In this document: positions 37,806 through 51,077 of the stretch, piece by piece
Layout of the letters: every line of letters begins with the position of its first letter
Numbering within the stretch: the first letter of the stretch is position 1
Assembly: GCA_038087875.1 (NCBI GenBank)
Contig: JAXLNO010000709.1
Location: 186,001-250,000 of the forward strand
DNA: 64,000 nt
Reading direction: 5' to 3'
From: Malacoraja senta
Lineage: Eukaryota
Notes under the pieces: generated by a model
Told to the model about the DNA's origin: nothing
The model's input: the letters and a program-made list of their open reading frames with translations, nothing else
Database searches by the model: none
Position numbers and translations under genes: made by a program

Positions 37806-38212
37806 CCCATAGTGGAGTAGAGTAGATATGTTTGCTCAACTAAGTACTATTGTACTAAGTACTATTACTCTTTGCACTATTGTAAAGAGAGTCTCTTAAT
37901 GTTACCTTGTCTTTGAAGCATGATCTCTTTGGTATCTAGCCTGACACCATTTGTCTTCACTGCAGATGATGATATCTGGTACTGGAGAAATAAAATCCAT
38001 TGTGTTTAGTATTGCAACCTTATAGCAAAAAATTGGCAAGAGGCAGAATTCTTTTCCAAAAATAAGACATTTCATAGTGCTGATTATGCAATATTTGAAA
38101 TGTATTAGCTTTCAAAATTATAACCAAAATCCGGTGCTACAATTAATCACTTTACTGCCTGGACTAAATGCAAAGTAGGCTTCTCCTAGTTTTGTCAAAA
38201 ATTTATCTTGTG

Positions 38213-38652
38213 TTTAGTTTTGTGATACAGTGCGGAAATATGCCCTCCAGCCCATCGATTAGTGATCCCCGCACGCTAACGCTATCCTACACACACTGGG
38301 ACAATTTTCAATTAACATTATATTAACATTAAGTGGCTTTCACTCCAACCGTGGTCCTGAACCCTCCGCAGTCGCCGCTACGAACGTCCCTGATGTACAG
38401 GCCCTCCCGCCGGGGTGTTGGAAACTCCGACGTCGGGACGGATCGGAACACCCTGCGGTTTACAATTATACCAAGATAATTAACTTACAATCGCGTACGT
38501 CTTTGGAGTGTGAGAGGAAACCGGAGATCCCGGAGAAAACCCACGCAGGTCATGTGGAGAACGTACAAACTCCATATAGACAAGCAGCTGTAGCCAGGAT
38601 TGAACCCGTGTCTCTGGCGCTGTAAGGCTGCAACTCTACCGCTATGCCACTG
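38213..38652 (-). mobile_element. HE1-like SINE with an internal CpG-rich insert (~38313-38458)
   Basis: SINE halves align with the consensus on both sides of the insert. Confidence 0.8.
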
Positions 38653-38994
38653 CTCCATGTTTCAATTCTGTGAGAGAATTTTGTGACATTGGAATAGTGC
38701 CCATAATTGGAGTTCTGTGGTTTTTGTCAGCGTTCTGGTTAGCAGACTGCAAGTGGCAGTAACAAAATTCAGTGACTATATCAGTGTATCAGGCATGATC
38801 TTGGTTTGCTTTGAAGATTAAAAGCAGTCTTGTTTCAAATCAGTCAGCACAGTGCAAGCAGATTGCCAGAACACAACAGTTACAGATACTGAAACTGATA
38901 TATTAAGTATTAGGTAAGACAAAGACACAAGAAACTGCAGATGCTGGAATCTTGAGCAAAACAGTGTTGGAGGCATTTCAGGTCAGGATTCAGG

Positions 38995-39480
38995 AATAGG
39001 AATACTTTATTGTCACATGTGACTAGGCACAGTGAAATTCTTTGCTTGCATACCCAATCTATACAAATAGCAGCCACCTACGGCACTGACAAAGTTACAA
39101 AGCACTTTGGCTCCTCCTTTTGTTCTCCCCCCACCCCCACATCAGTCCCCCCACGCCGGGTCTTCCCCTCCCCCCTCACGGTGGTCCTCCACGATCTCAT
39201 CAACCGTCGACCCACAAGGCATCGCTGCTGCTGCGAGGCTCCACCACCTCCGAGGCCCCACCGTCGCGAGGCTTCATCGCTGCTGAGGCCTCACCGCCAT
39301 CGACACCCCACTTCATTCCTCCGTGGTGCCTACCCTGGCTACAGCCGCGGGCTCTGTCAGCTGCTCCGCCGACCTGGGCTTCTACTAGGCGATCCGGGCG
39401 CCTCAATAAAGGCCCCTGGCCGCATTCCCAGTCCACTGCTGCAGCCCGTCGGGAAACCTTCTGGCCGCGCGGCCCAGCAT
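38995..39480 (-). mobile_element. Second GC-rich non-coding retroposon family with Rex-type tail
   Basis: Minus-strand 3' end GAATTTCACTGTGCCTAGTCACATGTGACAATAAAG(TATTCC)n; GC-rich body with no credible ORF. Confidence 0.6.
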
Positions 39481-39769
39481 TAGATGATCCTGAATTATAC
39501 ATTCAGAAAATGTTAACGTATGTAATAACATACAATAATCTTGAAAGATTAGTTGCTGTTTTGTGTGACCTGGTTATTTCATGTAAATATTTCTAATTTT
39601 ATATCTTACGCTTTTAATGGGAGTTCATCATGAGTTTGACCATATGATCAAGGGGAATGGATCTTGCAGTGGTGTATAAAATCTTGAGGGTCATTGATAT
39701 GGTGAATGCTCTCTTTTTCGCGGGGGTGGTGAATCAAGAACTAGTGTGTTTAGCCACAGGTGATGTTCC

Positions 39770-41200
39770 AGAAATTGGAATTGTGTTGTTATTTAAGAGG
39801 CAGCAAAGAGCAACCAGGAAACTGCAACCTAACATCAGTGGTGGGTAAGTTACTGAGTATTCGGAGGGACAGCAATCTACCAGCATTTTAGAGTGAGAGT
39901 TAAACAGCACGGAAACAGGCTCTTCAGCCCAACTCGTGTATGCGGACTAAGATGCCCCTCCAAGCCTGTCCCATTTGCCCATGACTGGCCTATATCCCCT
40001 TCATCTATATCATCCTTCCTTTCTGATCCTTGTCCTTCCTATCCATTTTGATAGACAAAGACTGATTTGGGATAGCATGGATTTGTGCATGGGATATCGT
40101 GTCTCACAATTCTTTTGGTGCTTTTTGAAGAGGCAGCCAAAAGGATTGATATGGGCTGAGCGGTGGATGTATGGACTATAGCAAGGCCTTTGACAAGCTC
40201 CCACATGCTATGCTTGTCTCGAAAGGTAGATCACATGGGATCCAGATTGTGCTAACGAACTGGATTCAAAATTGGCTTGGTGGAAGGGATGTTTTTCTGC
40301 TTGGAGGCCTGTGGTCAATGGAGTGGTGCAGGGATCTGTGCTGGGTCCACTGTTGTTTGTCTTCAATACTAATGATTTGTATTACAATGTAGGTATGTTG
40401 TTGTTCATCATTTATTTAAACAATTTGGATAAGAATGCACTAAAATAGGAAGTATCAAAGACAGTGAAAAAAGTTGTCCAAATTACAAAAGCATGTTGCA
40501 TTTTGGGAAGTCAAACCAGTGTAGGAATTTCACTGTGAATGGTCGGCCCTTGGGGAGTCTTGCAGAGCAGGGGATTCTAAAAGTACAAGTACAGATTTCC
40601 ATGAAAGTGGCATCACGAGTAAACAGGGTGGTGAAAAAGGCATTTAGCAAACTAGGCTTCATCAGTCAGGGCACTAAGTACAGAAGTTGTACAAGGCGTT
40701 GGTGAACCTGCACTTGGAGTATTGTGTACGGTTTTGGTTACCCTGCAAAAGGAAAGATGTCATTAAGCTGAAAAGAGTGCAAATTCCTTTTACAAGAGTA
40801 TTTCCAGAATTCGAGGGCTCGAATTATAGAGAGAGGTTAAGCAGGACTTCATTCCTTGGTGCATAGGAGAGTGAAGAATAACATTGTGGATATAACAAGG
40901 AGCATTGATGATATAAATGGTCGTAGTCTTTTTTTCCCGAGAGAAGGGGAATCAAAAAGTATTTGGCAATGGTTTAAGGTGAAAAGGGAAAGATTTAAAA
41001 GAGCTGAGGGGCATCTTCTTCACCCAGAAGGTGGTGCACACATGGAATAAGCTGCCAGCGAAGGTGGTTGAGCCAGGTACAATAAGAACATTAAAAAAAC
41101 ATTTGGATAAGTACATGCATCAGAAAGTTTTAGAGGGATATTTTAGAGGGATATTGGTCAAATGTGGGCAAATGGGACTAGCTTAGTTGGATATCCTGTT
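39770..41200 (+). mobile_element. Degraded CR1 RT and 3' region
   Basis: MDYSKAFDKLPH...WIQNWL and LHFGKSN...HLEYCV motifs. Confidence 0.8.
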
Positions 41201-41244
41201 CAGACGTGTTCTGGAGAACTCCATCTGCAGTCTCACACCAATTT

Positions 41245-41407
41245 GATTTATGTAGACACAAACTAGTGAAAAGTAGACTATTGTTGCTGGCAATGTTTTC
41301 TTTGTGTTGACTCAAATAACAAGAGAAACACATTTCTCTTGTTATTGAAAATGTATTTCTGGCATTAGCAGGTGTCTGACGAGTGTTCAAATAAATAAAC
41401 GGAGGGG
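41245..41407 (+). repeat. 163-bp segment duplicated at 42151-42313, containing a 14-bp-stem hairpin
   Basis: Copies differ at about one position; AATAACAAGAGAAA-CACA-TTTCTCTTGTTATT. Confidence 0.92.
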
Positions 41408-41821
41408 TCTTGTTTTCCTAAAGCAAGCATTTTGACACGAGTTTAAGACCCAAGATCCTATACCAGTTACTGGCTAGAAAAATAGCTGGCAGCTATGTTA
41501 CCAATAGTGCGAAAACTCTATTAAACTAGACTTCAACCTCAAAGTTGTTTTTAAAAAATGAACTAATTCATGAAGTCTTGTCAAGAGTTTGCTTGGTTAG
41601 GCTCCTCGTTCTTATCTTTACAAGCATAAAACGATAATGTTACAGTATTGGATGTTGAGAGCTGTGATGGATAATTTGGATTAGATTTATAAGTATTATG
41701 CGGTTCTTCCTAATTACCATTTAAGTATTTACACACCCTCGTTCTTGACAGGGAAAGTCATCATTGCAGAGGAGCTTCCAGATCAGTTCCCCTTATTGGA
41801 TGTTATGTTTACTGCCATTTA

Positions 41822-43612
41822 TCCATAACTAAAACTCTGATCTTGTGCTCTTCCGGTTTGTGCGGTTTTTATATTTGCGCAAAAACGGTACGCGATAGCG
41901 CTACAGCTATTTTTTGCCCCGAGCCATCTGTCCCCGCGGCCGGGGTAAGGGGTGAATCACTCGGTGTGTGTGTGTCGGGGGGGGGGGGTGAATCACCCGG
42001 TGTGGAGGTTGGGGTCCGATGGCGGTGACTCTGGTGTGGGCGGAGGGACCAGCCAGTCCACACCTCTGCTCCAACCGGCGCTGCCGACACACAGCCCGTC
42101 ACAGTGCGGCCGCACGGGGGAAATGAGGCGGAGGGCGGCCGTGGCCGTGGGATTTATGTAGACACAAACTAGTGAAAAGTAGACTTTTGTTGCTGGCAAT
42201 GTTTTCTTTGTGTTGACTCAAATAACAAGAGAAACACATTTCTCTTGTTATTGAAAATGTATTTCTGGCATTAGCAGGTGTCTGACGAGTGTTCAAATAA
42301 ATAAACGGAGGGGACTTGTCAGCGATTGGTCCAGACCCCCGCGTCCATCACATCACTGGCCGATGGAGACGGGAGGGTGGGGGTCATTTTCCCACACAAG
42401 ACATAGGTGACTGGGCACTCTGAACCCGAGCACCAAGTCGTAAGCGGCGGAAGGAGCGCATCCCTCAGGACAGCCCCCACTCTCCCACGGCCACGGCCGC
42501 CCTCCGCCTCGTCTCCCCCCGTGCGGCCGCACTGTGACAGGCTGTGTGTCGGCAACGCCGGGTGGAGCAGAGGGGTGGGACAGGCTGGTCCCTCCGCCCA
42601 CCCAGAGTCACTGACCGTGATGCACCACCATCGGACCACAACCCCCACACCAGGTGATTCACCCCCCCGACACGCACACCGAGTGATTCACCCCTCACCC
42701 CAGCCGCGGGGACAGACGGCTCGGCGACATTGGCAGCCTTAGTAAATCGCTTTTAAAACATGGGAGTGGGGGGGACACAAACTCACTGGCGGGCCGATGA
42801 TAAGTGTGCATGACAATGAACAATTTTATCTCCTCCACTCCCCAACCCCCCCCCTCCCCCGCCGCCCCTTGACAACAACAAGCACGTTTTATTTATTGTT
42901 TAAACACAGTAATACCGTTTGGTTGCCTGCGTAATGCACACAAGCTCCCACGCTCAAAACACCAGGTAATCTGTAATGTGTTTTAAACCGAAGATGGACA
43001 CAAAAAGCTGGAGTACCTCAGCGGAACACGCAGCATCTCTGGAGAGAAGGAATGGGTGGCGTTTTGGGTCTAGACCATTCCTCTGACCTGAATGGTCTCA
43101 GCCGATGAAATGAGACAACTGTCACACCAAAGATGGACACAAAATGTTGGAGTGACTCAGTGGGGCAGGCAGCATCTCTGGAGAGAAGGAATGGGTGGCG
43201 TTTCGGGTCAAGACCCTTCGGGTCTGCAGAATGGTCTCGACCCGAAACGCCACCCATACCTGCTCTCCAGAGATGTTCCGCTGAGTTACTGCAGGCTTTT
43301 GTGTCCATCTTCGGTTAAAACAGATTACAGATTATCTGGTGTTTTGACCACGGGAGCTTGTGTGCATTACGCAGGCAACCAGATGGTATTACTGTGTTTA
43401 AACAATAAATAAAACGTGCTTCTTGTTTTCAATGGGCGGTGGTGGGTGAGGGGGGCGGAGTGGGTGGAGATAAAATTGTTCGTTGTCATGCACACTTGTC
43501 ATCGGCCCGCCAGGGAATTTGTGTGTCCACCCCCCCTGTTTTAAAAGCGATTTACTATGGTTGCCGATGCCCCGAGCCATCTGTCCCCGCGGCCGGGGTG
43601 AGCGGTGAATCA
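41822..43612 (+). mobile_element. Helitron-like 5' end followed by nested large inverted repeats
   Basis: A|TCCATAACTAAAACTCTGATCTTG start; inverted pairs 41916-42152/42483-42730 and 42684-43098/43211-43612. Confidence 0.55.
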
Positions 43613-45597
43613 TAGAAACATAGAAAATAGGTGCAAGAGTAGGCCATTCGGCCCTTCGAGCTTGCACCGCCATTCAATATGATCATGGCTGATCATCCAC
43701 TCAGGTATCCCGTACCTGCCTTCTCTCCATACCCCCTGATCCCTTTAGCCACAAGGGCCACATCTAACTCCCTCTTAAATATAGCCAATGAACTGGCCTC
43801 AACGACCTTCTGTGGCAGAGAATTCCACAGATTCACCACTCTCTGTGTGAATTTTTTTTTTCTCATCTCGGTCCTAAAAGATTTCCCCCTTATCCTTAAA
43901 CTGTGACCCCTTGTTCTGGACTTCCCCAACATCGCGAACAATCTTCCTGCATCTAGCCTGTCCAACCCCTTAAGGATTTTGTAAGTTTCTATAAGATCCC
44001 CCCTCAATCTTCAAAAAATTCTAGCGAGTACAAGCCGAGTCTATCCAGTCTTTCTTCATATGAAAGTCCTGACATCCCAGGAATCAGTCTGGTGAACCTT
44101 CTCTATACTCCCTCTATGGCAAGAATGTCTTTCCTCAGATTTGGAGACCAAAACTGTACGCAATACTCCAGGTGTGGTCTCACCAAGACCCTGTACAACT
44201 GCAGTAGAACCTCCCTGCCCCTATACTCAAATCCTTTTGCTATGAATGCTAACATACCATTCGCTTTCTTCACTGCCTGCTGCACCTGCATGCCTACTTT
44301 CAATGACTGGTGTACCATGACACCCAGGTCTCGTTGCATCTCCCCTTTTCCTAATCGGCCACCATTCAGATAATAGTCTACTTTCCTGTTTTTGCCACCA
44401 AAGTGGATAACCTCACATGTATCCACATTATACTGCATCTGCCATGCATTTGCCCACTCACCCAGCCTATCCAAGTCACCTTGCAGTCCCCTGCTATTTC
44501 CGGCAGATTATTTATGTCTTCCTTAGTGAAGACAGAACCAAAGTAGTTATTCAATTGGTCTGCCATGTGCTTGTTCCCCATGATCAATTCACCTGTTTCT
44601 GACTGAAAGGGACCTACATTTGTTTTAACCAATCTTTTTCTCTTCACATGTCTATAAAAACTTTTGCAGTCAGTTTTTATGTTCCCTGCCAGTTTTCTTT
44701 CATAATCTATTTTCCCTTTCCTAATTAAGCCCTCTGCTGGACTCTGAATTTCTCCCAGTCCTCTGGTAGGCTGCTTTTTCTGGCTAATTTGTATGCTTCA
44801 TCTTTTGTTTTGATACTATCCCTGATTTCCCTTGTTATCCACAGATGCACTACCTTCCCTGATTTATTCTTTTGCCAAACTGGGATGAACAATTGTTGTA
44901 GTTCATCCATGCAGTCTTTAAATGCCTTCCATTGCACATCCACCATCAACCCTTTAAGAATCAATTGCCAGTCTATCTTGGCCAATTCACGTCTCATACC
45001 CTCAAAGTTACCTTTCTTTAAGTTCAGAACCCTTGTTTCTGAATTAATTATGTCACTCTCCATCCTAATGAAGAACTCAACCATATTATGGTCACTCTTG
45101 CCCAAGCGGCCACGCACAACAAGACTGCTAACTAACCCTTCCTCATTACTCAATACCCAGTCTAGAATAGCCTGCTCTCTCGTTGGTTCCTCTACATGTT
45201 GGTTTAGAAAACTATCCAGCATACATTCCAAGAAATCCTCTTCCTCAGCACCCCTGCCAATTTGATTCACCCAATCTATATGTAGATTGAAGTCACCCAT
45301 TATAACTGTTTTACCTTTGTTGCACGCATTTCTAATTTCCTGTTTGATGCCATCCCCAACTCCACTACTACTGTTAGGTGGCCTGTACACAACTCCCACT
45401 AGCCTTTTCTGCCCCTTAGTGTTTCGCAGCTCTACCCATATCGATTCCACATCCTCCAAGCTAATGTCCTTCCTTTCTATTGCGTTAATCTCCTCTCTAA
45501 CCAGCAACGCTACCCCACCTCCTTTTCCTTTCTGTCTATCCCTCCTGAATATTGAATATCCCTGAATGTTCAGCTCCCAGCCTGGTCACCCTGGAGC
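43611..45597 (-). mobile_element. CR1 LINE with APE endonuclease domain and an internal deletion of the RT core; cut by the assembly gap
   Basis: ORF 44725..45507: VGVVYRPP, MGDFN, PTREQAILDWVL, SDHNMVEF; deletion junction near 44486; CATAGAAA tail at 43611. Confidence 0.92.
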
Positions 45598-45797
45598 NNN
45601 NNNNNNNNNNNNNNNNNNNNNNNNNNNNNNNNNNNNNNNNNNNNNNNNNNNNNNNNNNNNNNNNNNNNNNNNNNNNNNNNNNNNNNNNNNNNNNNNNNNN
45701 NNNNNNNNNNNNNNNNNNNNNNNNNNNNNNNNNNNNNNNNNNNNNNNNNNNNNNNNNNNNNNNNNNNNNNNNNNNNNNNNNNNNNNNNNNNNNNNNN
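45598..45797. other. Assembly gap (200 N)
   Basis: Run of N. Confidence 1.
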
Positions 45798-46057
45798 GTC
45801 GTTGCAGTCTTCAGGCTCCTGTACCTTCTACCTGAAGGTAGTAGGGAGATGAGTGTGTGGCCAGGATGGTGTGGGTCCTTGATGATACTGCCAGCCTTTT
45901 TGAGGCAGCGACTGTGATAGATCCCCTCGATGGAAGGGAGGTCAGAGCCGATGATGGACTGGCAGAGTTTACTACTTTTTGTAGTCTTTTCCGCTCCAGG
46001 GCGCTCAAGTTGCGAACCAAGCCACGATGCAACCGGTCAGCATGCTCTCTACTGTGT
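45798..46057 (-). mobile_element. Rex1/Babar 3' fragment
   Basis: TVESMLTGCIVAW...ERKRLQKVV...IIKDPHHPGHTLISLLPSGRRYRSL. Confidence 0.85.
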
Positions 46058-46859
46058 CGTGCAGTGTTGACATCCACTTTTCCTGAAAACTCATCGGGAT
46101 CAAATGCCTGTTGATCAATCTATGCCTGTTGGAAAGAATATTTTAATGACCTTCACTAGTTACATACAACAACAGCATTAGAGAAATAACTTGCTGAACA
46201 TATAAATACAGAGCCAACTATGATCAATGTAGCTAAGTATAAATCTATTATTTTTCCAATCTATCAACTACAGCATAATATTGTAAATTAAGCAATCTAA
46301 CAATATGTGCCTCTGATACAAATGCATGCAATAAATAACTCATACCATATCCTTCATTTGTAACAAGTTTCACATCATAGACATGATCTAAAATGGATCC
46401 AGAAGTTGCAGTTTTTTAGCCAGACCTAATGTGCAACTCATGAAGGCTCTAAATGTTGGATTAAAATGATCCTTAAAAATTCTCATGGCGCAAATATATT
46501 TATTGGAGTTTCCCCACATTTTTCTTGCTTTCCCCAGAAATAGGCATCATCTTAAGAGAAACAGAGAAATATAGGACTGGTGCGGTTAAGTGGCAGTAGG
46601 GTGAAAGATCAGCCATGATTTTTATGAATGGTGGAGGAGACACAGGGGAACCAAATGGCCTCCCCTCTCTCTCTCTCTCTTATGGTCCTGTTCTCTGTTC
46701 ACATATGGCAATGTTATTTTTGTTCTGTATCGTCTCCTGGACCTCTCTCTCAGGATATCTCCAGCTGTTCCAAGCTCTGAACAAATTACTGCAAACAATC
46801 ATAGTTTTACTGCTCACCAACATATTTACCATGTCTTCCACCTATCATTATTGGCGATA

Positions 46860-47945
46860 TTGACCAAGCTTAAAAATAAGAAAGATGCAAACAGTCTAAT
46901 GGGATCATACTATAAGCCCCCCAATAGCAAGCGGGAGATGGACGAACAGTACAGACATTTAGTAGATTACTGAAAGATGCCAAAGAAACAGGGTTGCCCC
47001 ATTGGTGACTTTAACCTCGCCAGTATTGACTGAGACTTAAGATAGACACAAAATGCTGGAGTAACTGAATGGGACACCTCAGCAGCATCTCTGGAGAGAA
47101 GGAATAGGTGACGTTTCGAGTTGAGATCCTTCTTGCTCCGTCAAAGGTTTAGACGGTGGAGAATTGGTTAGGTGTATCCAAGAGCTTTTCTTGAATACGT
47201 GTGTGGATAGTCCACCCTGAGAAGGGAACATACTGGACCTTGTGTTGGGAAATGAGCTTGGCCAGGTAACTGGTATTTCAGTGAAGAGTATTTGGGGGAT
47301 GGTAATTTGAGGAAGGACATCCTTGTGATTGAGGCAGTGCGGCGTAGGTTCACGAGATTGATCCCTGGGATGGCGGGACTGTCATATGAGGAAAGATTGA
47401 AAAGACTGGGCTTGTATCACTGGAGTTTAGAAGGATGAGGGGGAATCTTATAGAAATATATAAAATTATAAAAGGACTGGACAGCTAGATGCAGGAAAAA
47501 TGTTCCCAATGTTGGGCGAGTCCAGAACCAGGGGCCACATTCTTAGAATAAAGGGGAGGCCATTTAAGACTGAGGTGAGAAAAAACTTTTTCACCAGAGA
47601 GTTTGTGGAATTCCCTGTGGGCAGTGGAGGCCAAATCACTGGATGGATTTAAGAGAGAGTTAGATGGAGCTCAAGGGGCTAGTGGAATCAAGGGATATGG
47701 GGAGAAGGCAGGCACGGGTTATTGATTGGGGACGATCAGCCATGACCCCAAATTTCACTGTACCAATTGGTGCATGTGACAATAAATGTCTCTTGATCAC
47801 AATGAATGGCAGTGCTGGCTCAAAGGGCCGAATGGACTCCTCCTGCGCCTATTTTCTATGTTTCTATGTTTCTATGTAACTCCATAAGTTTGAAGATTAT
47901 ATTGAATAAGGATGAGATTGGACCTTGTGGGAAGGTACTAAAGTG
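46860..47945 (+). mobile_element. Old CR1 endonuclease fragment interrupted by a Penelope-derived piece (~47040-47135) and a younger CR1 3' fragment (~47305-47877)
   Basis: YY.PPNS, GDFN and PP.R..ILDLVLGNE remnants; younger insert LRKDILVIEAV.RRFTRLIPGM with (TTTCTATG)n tail. Confidence 0.75.
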
Positions 47946-48107
47946 GGCAGTATAATGGCGCAGCGGTAGAGTTGTTGCCTTACAGTTCCAGAGACCCAGG
48001 TTCGATCCTGACTACTGGTGCTGTCTATACAAAGTTTGTACGTTCTCCTTGTGAGCACATGGATTTTCTCAAGGTGCTTTGGTTCCCTTCCACATTACAA
48101 AGACGTG
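47945..48107 (+). mobile_element. HE1-like SINE 5' part
   Basis: TGGCGCAGCGG (A box) and GGTTCGATCC (B box), then SINE body. Confidence 0.8.
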
Positions 48108-48599
48108 GTCTTTCAGAACAGCAACAAGAATGGCAGTGAAAAACAGATTCATTTTTCCAGTATTATAAATGACATTTTGTGTCAGGACCTTTCTTCAGAC
48201 AGAAGAGTCTGAAGAAGGATCCTTGCCCGAATCGTCATTTATCTATGTTCTCCACAGGTGCTGCCTGACCTACTCTACTCTAGCACTATGTGTATTTTTA
48301 TGTGAACCAGCATCCGCAGATCCTTGTTTCTATATTTTAGTGTTGCACAATTTTTCGTTGTAAAGAGAGACAGAGGGGAGAATGGCTATAGGCCAATTTG
48401 GTTTAGTTGCGAGCTATCCAGTCAATGAAAAAAAAACCTATACATGATTACAATCAAGCCGTGCACAGTACAGATAAGGATAAAGGGTATATTATTCAGT
48501 GCAAGATAAAGTCCGATAAATGATAGTTCAATGGTCTCCAATGAAAAGGTCCAACTAGGCCTGGATAGTGTGAATGAGGAAAGGATTCCATATGATTTA

Positions 48600-48890
48600 T
48601 ATGAGTTTCCATTAGTGGGAGAGTTGAGGACAGAGGACATAGCCTTAGAATAAAAGAACGTACCTTTAAAGAGGAGATGAGGATGAATTTCTTAGTCAGA
48701 GGTGGTGAATCTGTGGAATTCATTCAGATGGCTGTGGAGGACCAAGTCATTGGGTATTTTTAAAGCACCACTAAAGGTTATGGGGAGAAGGCAGGGGAAT
48801 TGAGTTGAAAGATAGATCAGCTACGATTGAATGGCAGAGTAGACTTGATGGACCGAATGGCCTAATTCTGCTACTTTAACTGATGAACAT
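48600..48890 (+). mobile_element. CR1 3' fragment
   Basis: FPLVGE.RTEDIA; CR1 3' UTR. Confidence 0.7.
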
Positions 48891-50424
48891 GCAAAACTGG
48901 ATATAAATTAAAATGAAGCTGTTAATTGCAGTGAGCCAAAAGTTGTCTTAGCGTACACTAACTGACATTTTACACAGCAGCAATCATTTTAATTTCATAA
49001 ATGCTTTTAACACAGCAATCAGAGGGAATTTCATAGTTTTAGTCATGGCAACAATGGAGTAGCGATTACAGTAGGTTAGGGTATTGAGAAGATTAGCTTT
49101 CTAAGGGGTGAAATGGAGGAGGGAGGTCTGAGATGAATAAAAATAAAGTAAAAATGGAAGAGGAAAATGAGAATAGTTTTGTATCTTTTTTTTCCAAAAA
49201 AGCCTATCTACATTTTTAGAAGAAAATTGAATGAGATACTTTAGATGTATGTGGAACAGCTTAAATCTCCAGGCGCTGAAAAGGCTCTGCATCTATGATT
49301 CTGAATGACATGACTGTTGTACTAACCAGTACCATAAAGACATTTGGCTTACAATTCATCAAAATGATTAGATACTGTTCAAAGGGAGTCCTATCAAAGG
49401 AAGTTGAGAAGCCAGTTGTAAGACTTAATTGTGAAGATACCCCAAACATCTGAAGTCTGAGAGACTGATTCATTACTCCAAATAGTTAATTAGTTCAAGT
49501 CCCATTTGAAGGTAAAACAGACACTAGCCCCATATCTGACGAGACTCACACAGGTTATACATCAGAATTTGAGGGCTGCCACATCATAAGACGCGTGAGA
49601 TACTGGAAAGTGCACGTGTAATGCACTTTAAGAATTTGTAACTGCCACATCATGAAATATAGATATTGTAAGTAGTGAACTATTTAAAAGCTCCAGCAGA
49701 TTTACCCTCAGCTAGTAACATAATGAAGTTGGAAGAAAAGATGTGCATTCATCACAAATTTGCAGTGTACAATAACAATATATCTGAACTCACGGAAGTT
49801 AAAATATTTTAAGCAGCCTGTCATAAATGGAACTATCTTGGGTTCACTCAAATGTGCATTTCAAACATGCAAGATAAGAGGCCTAATATGGACACAGTGA
49901 ATGAGGTTTGTGCAAGTATGTGCAGGCAGATAAGGTTGGTACATCATGTTCGGCACGGATATTGTGGGCCGAAGGGCCTGTTCTTGTCCTGTACTATTCT
50001 ATGTTCTATTGCTCTCAATGTTAGCAGGACCAAGGAGCTGATTGTTGACTTCAGGCAGAGAAAGCAGAGAATGGTGCAAAGGCTTAAAGGGTTAAGGTGT
50101 GAGACATTGCATAAACTTAGTTGGTAAGACTTTGCGTTTTACAGTTTAAGTTGTACTTTAACCAAGGCTTTTACAGAGACAACAGGAATTCTAAGAATAA
50201 ATTACCTGAATAAAACGAGGAATATAATCTTAAAATTAGAGCAAATATAATCTTAAAGTTAAAGCAAATGCTTTGAGAAAAACTTTGACAAAGCATTTCA
50301 CACAAGGGCAGTCAAAATCATTAACTCGGTTTTTTTTGTGAATCCTTGGACAGTGATTTGAATGGAGAACCAAATGTACTGTTTCTCAGTTTGCCATTGG
50401 CATAAACTAGATGGAATTATGAAT

Positions 50425-51077
50425 TATAGGAGCAGGGAGGTTCTATGAATGTATGATGTATGAATGTATAGGAGCAGGGAAGTTCTACTGCAGTTGTACA
50501 GGGTCTTGGTGAGACCACACCTGGAGTATTGCGTACAGTTTTGGTCTCCAAATCTGAGGAAAGACATTCTTGCCATAGAGGGAGTACAGAAAAGGTTCAC
50601 CAGATTGATTCCTGGATGTCAGGACTTTCATATGAAGAAAGACTGGATAGACTCGGCTTGTACTCGCTAGAATTTAGAAGATTTGAGGGGGGATCTTATA
50701 GAAACTTACAAAATTCTTAAGGGGTTGGACAGGCTAGATGCAGGAAGATTGTTCCCAATGTTGGGGAAGTCCAGGTCAAGGGGTCACAGTTTAAGGATTA
50801 AGGGGAAATCCTTTAGGACCGAGATGAGAAAAAACATTTTTCACACAGAGTGGTGAATCTCTGGAACTCTCTGCCACAGAAGGTAGTTGAGGTCAGTTCA
50901 TTGGCTATATTTAAGAGGGAGTTAGATGTGGCCCCTTGTGGCTAAAGGGATCAGGGGGTATGGAGAGAAGGCAGGTACAGGATACTGAGTTGGATGATCA
51001 GCCATGATCATATTGAATGGCTGTGCAGGCTCGAAAGGCCGAATGGCCTACTCCTGCACCTATTTTCTATGTTTCTA
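50425..51077 (+). mobile_element. CR1 3' fragment (same subfamily as 3034-3928)
   Basis: YRSREVLLQLYRVLVRPHLEYCVQFWSP; TTTCTATG tail. Confidence 0.9.

Noticed and set aside
45552..45917. ORFs spanning the N run
   Set aside because: Artefact of the assembly gap; the two sides belong to unrelated LINEs.
49101..49473. Possible host exon in unique sequence (also 59901-60185 and ~22850-22880)
   Set aside because: No convincing acceptor-ORF-donor combination or recognisable protein similarity.
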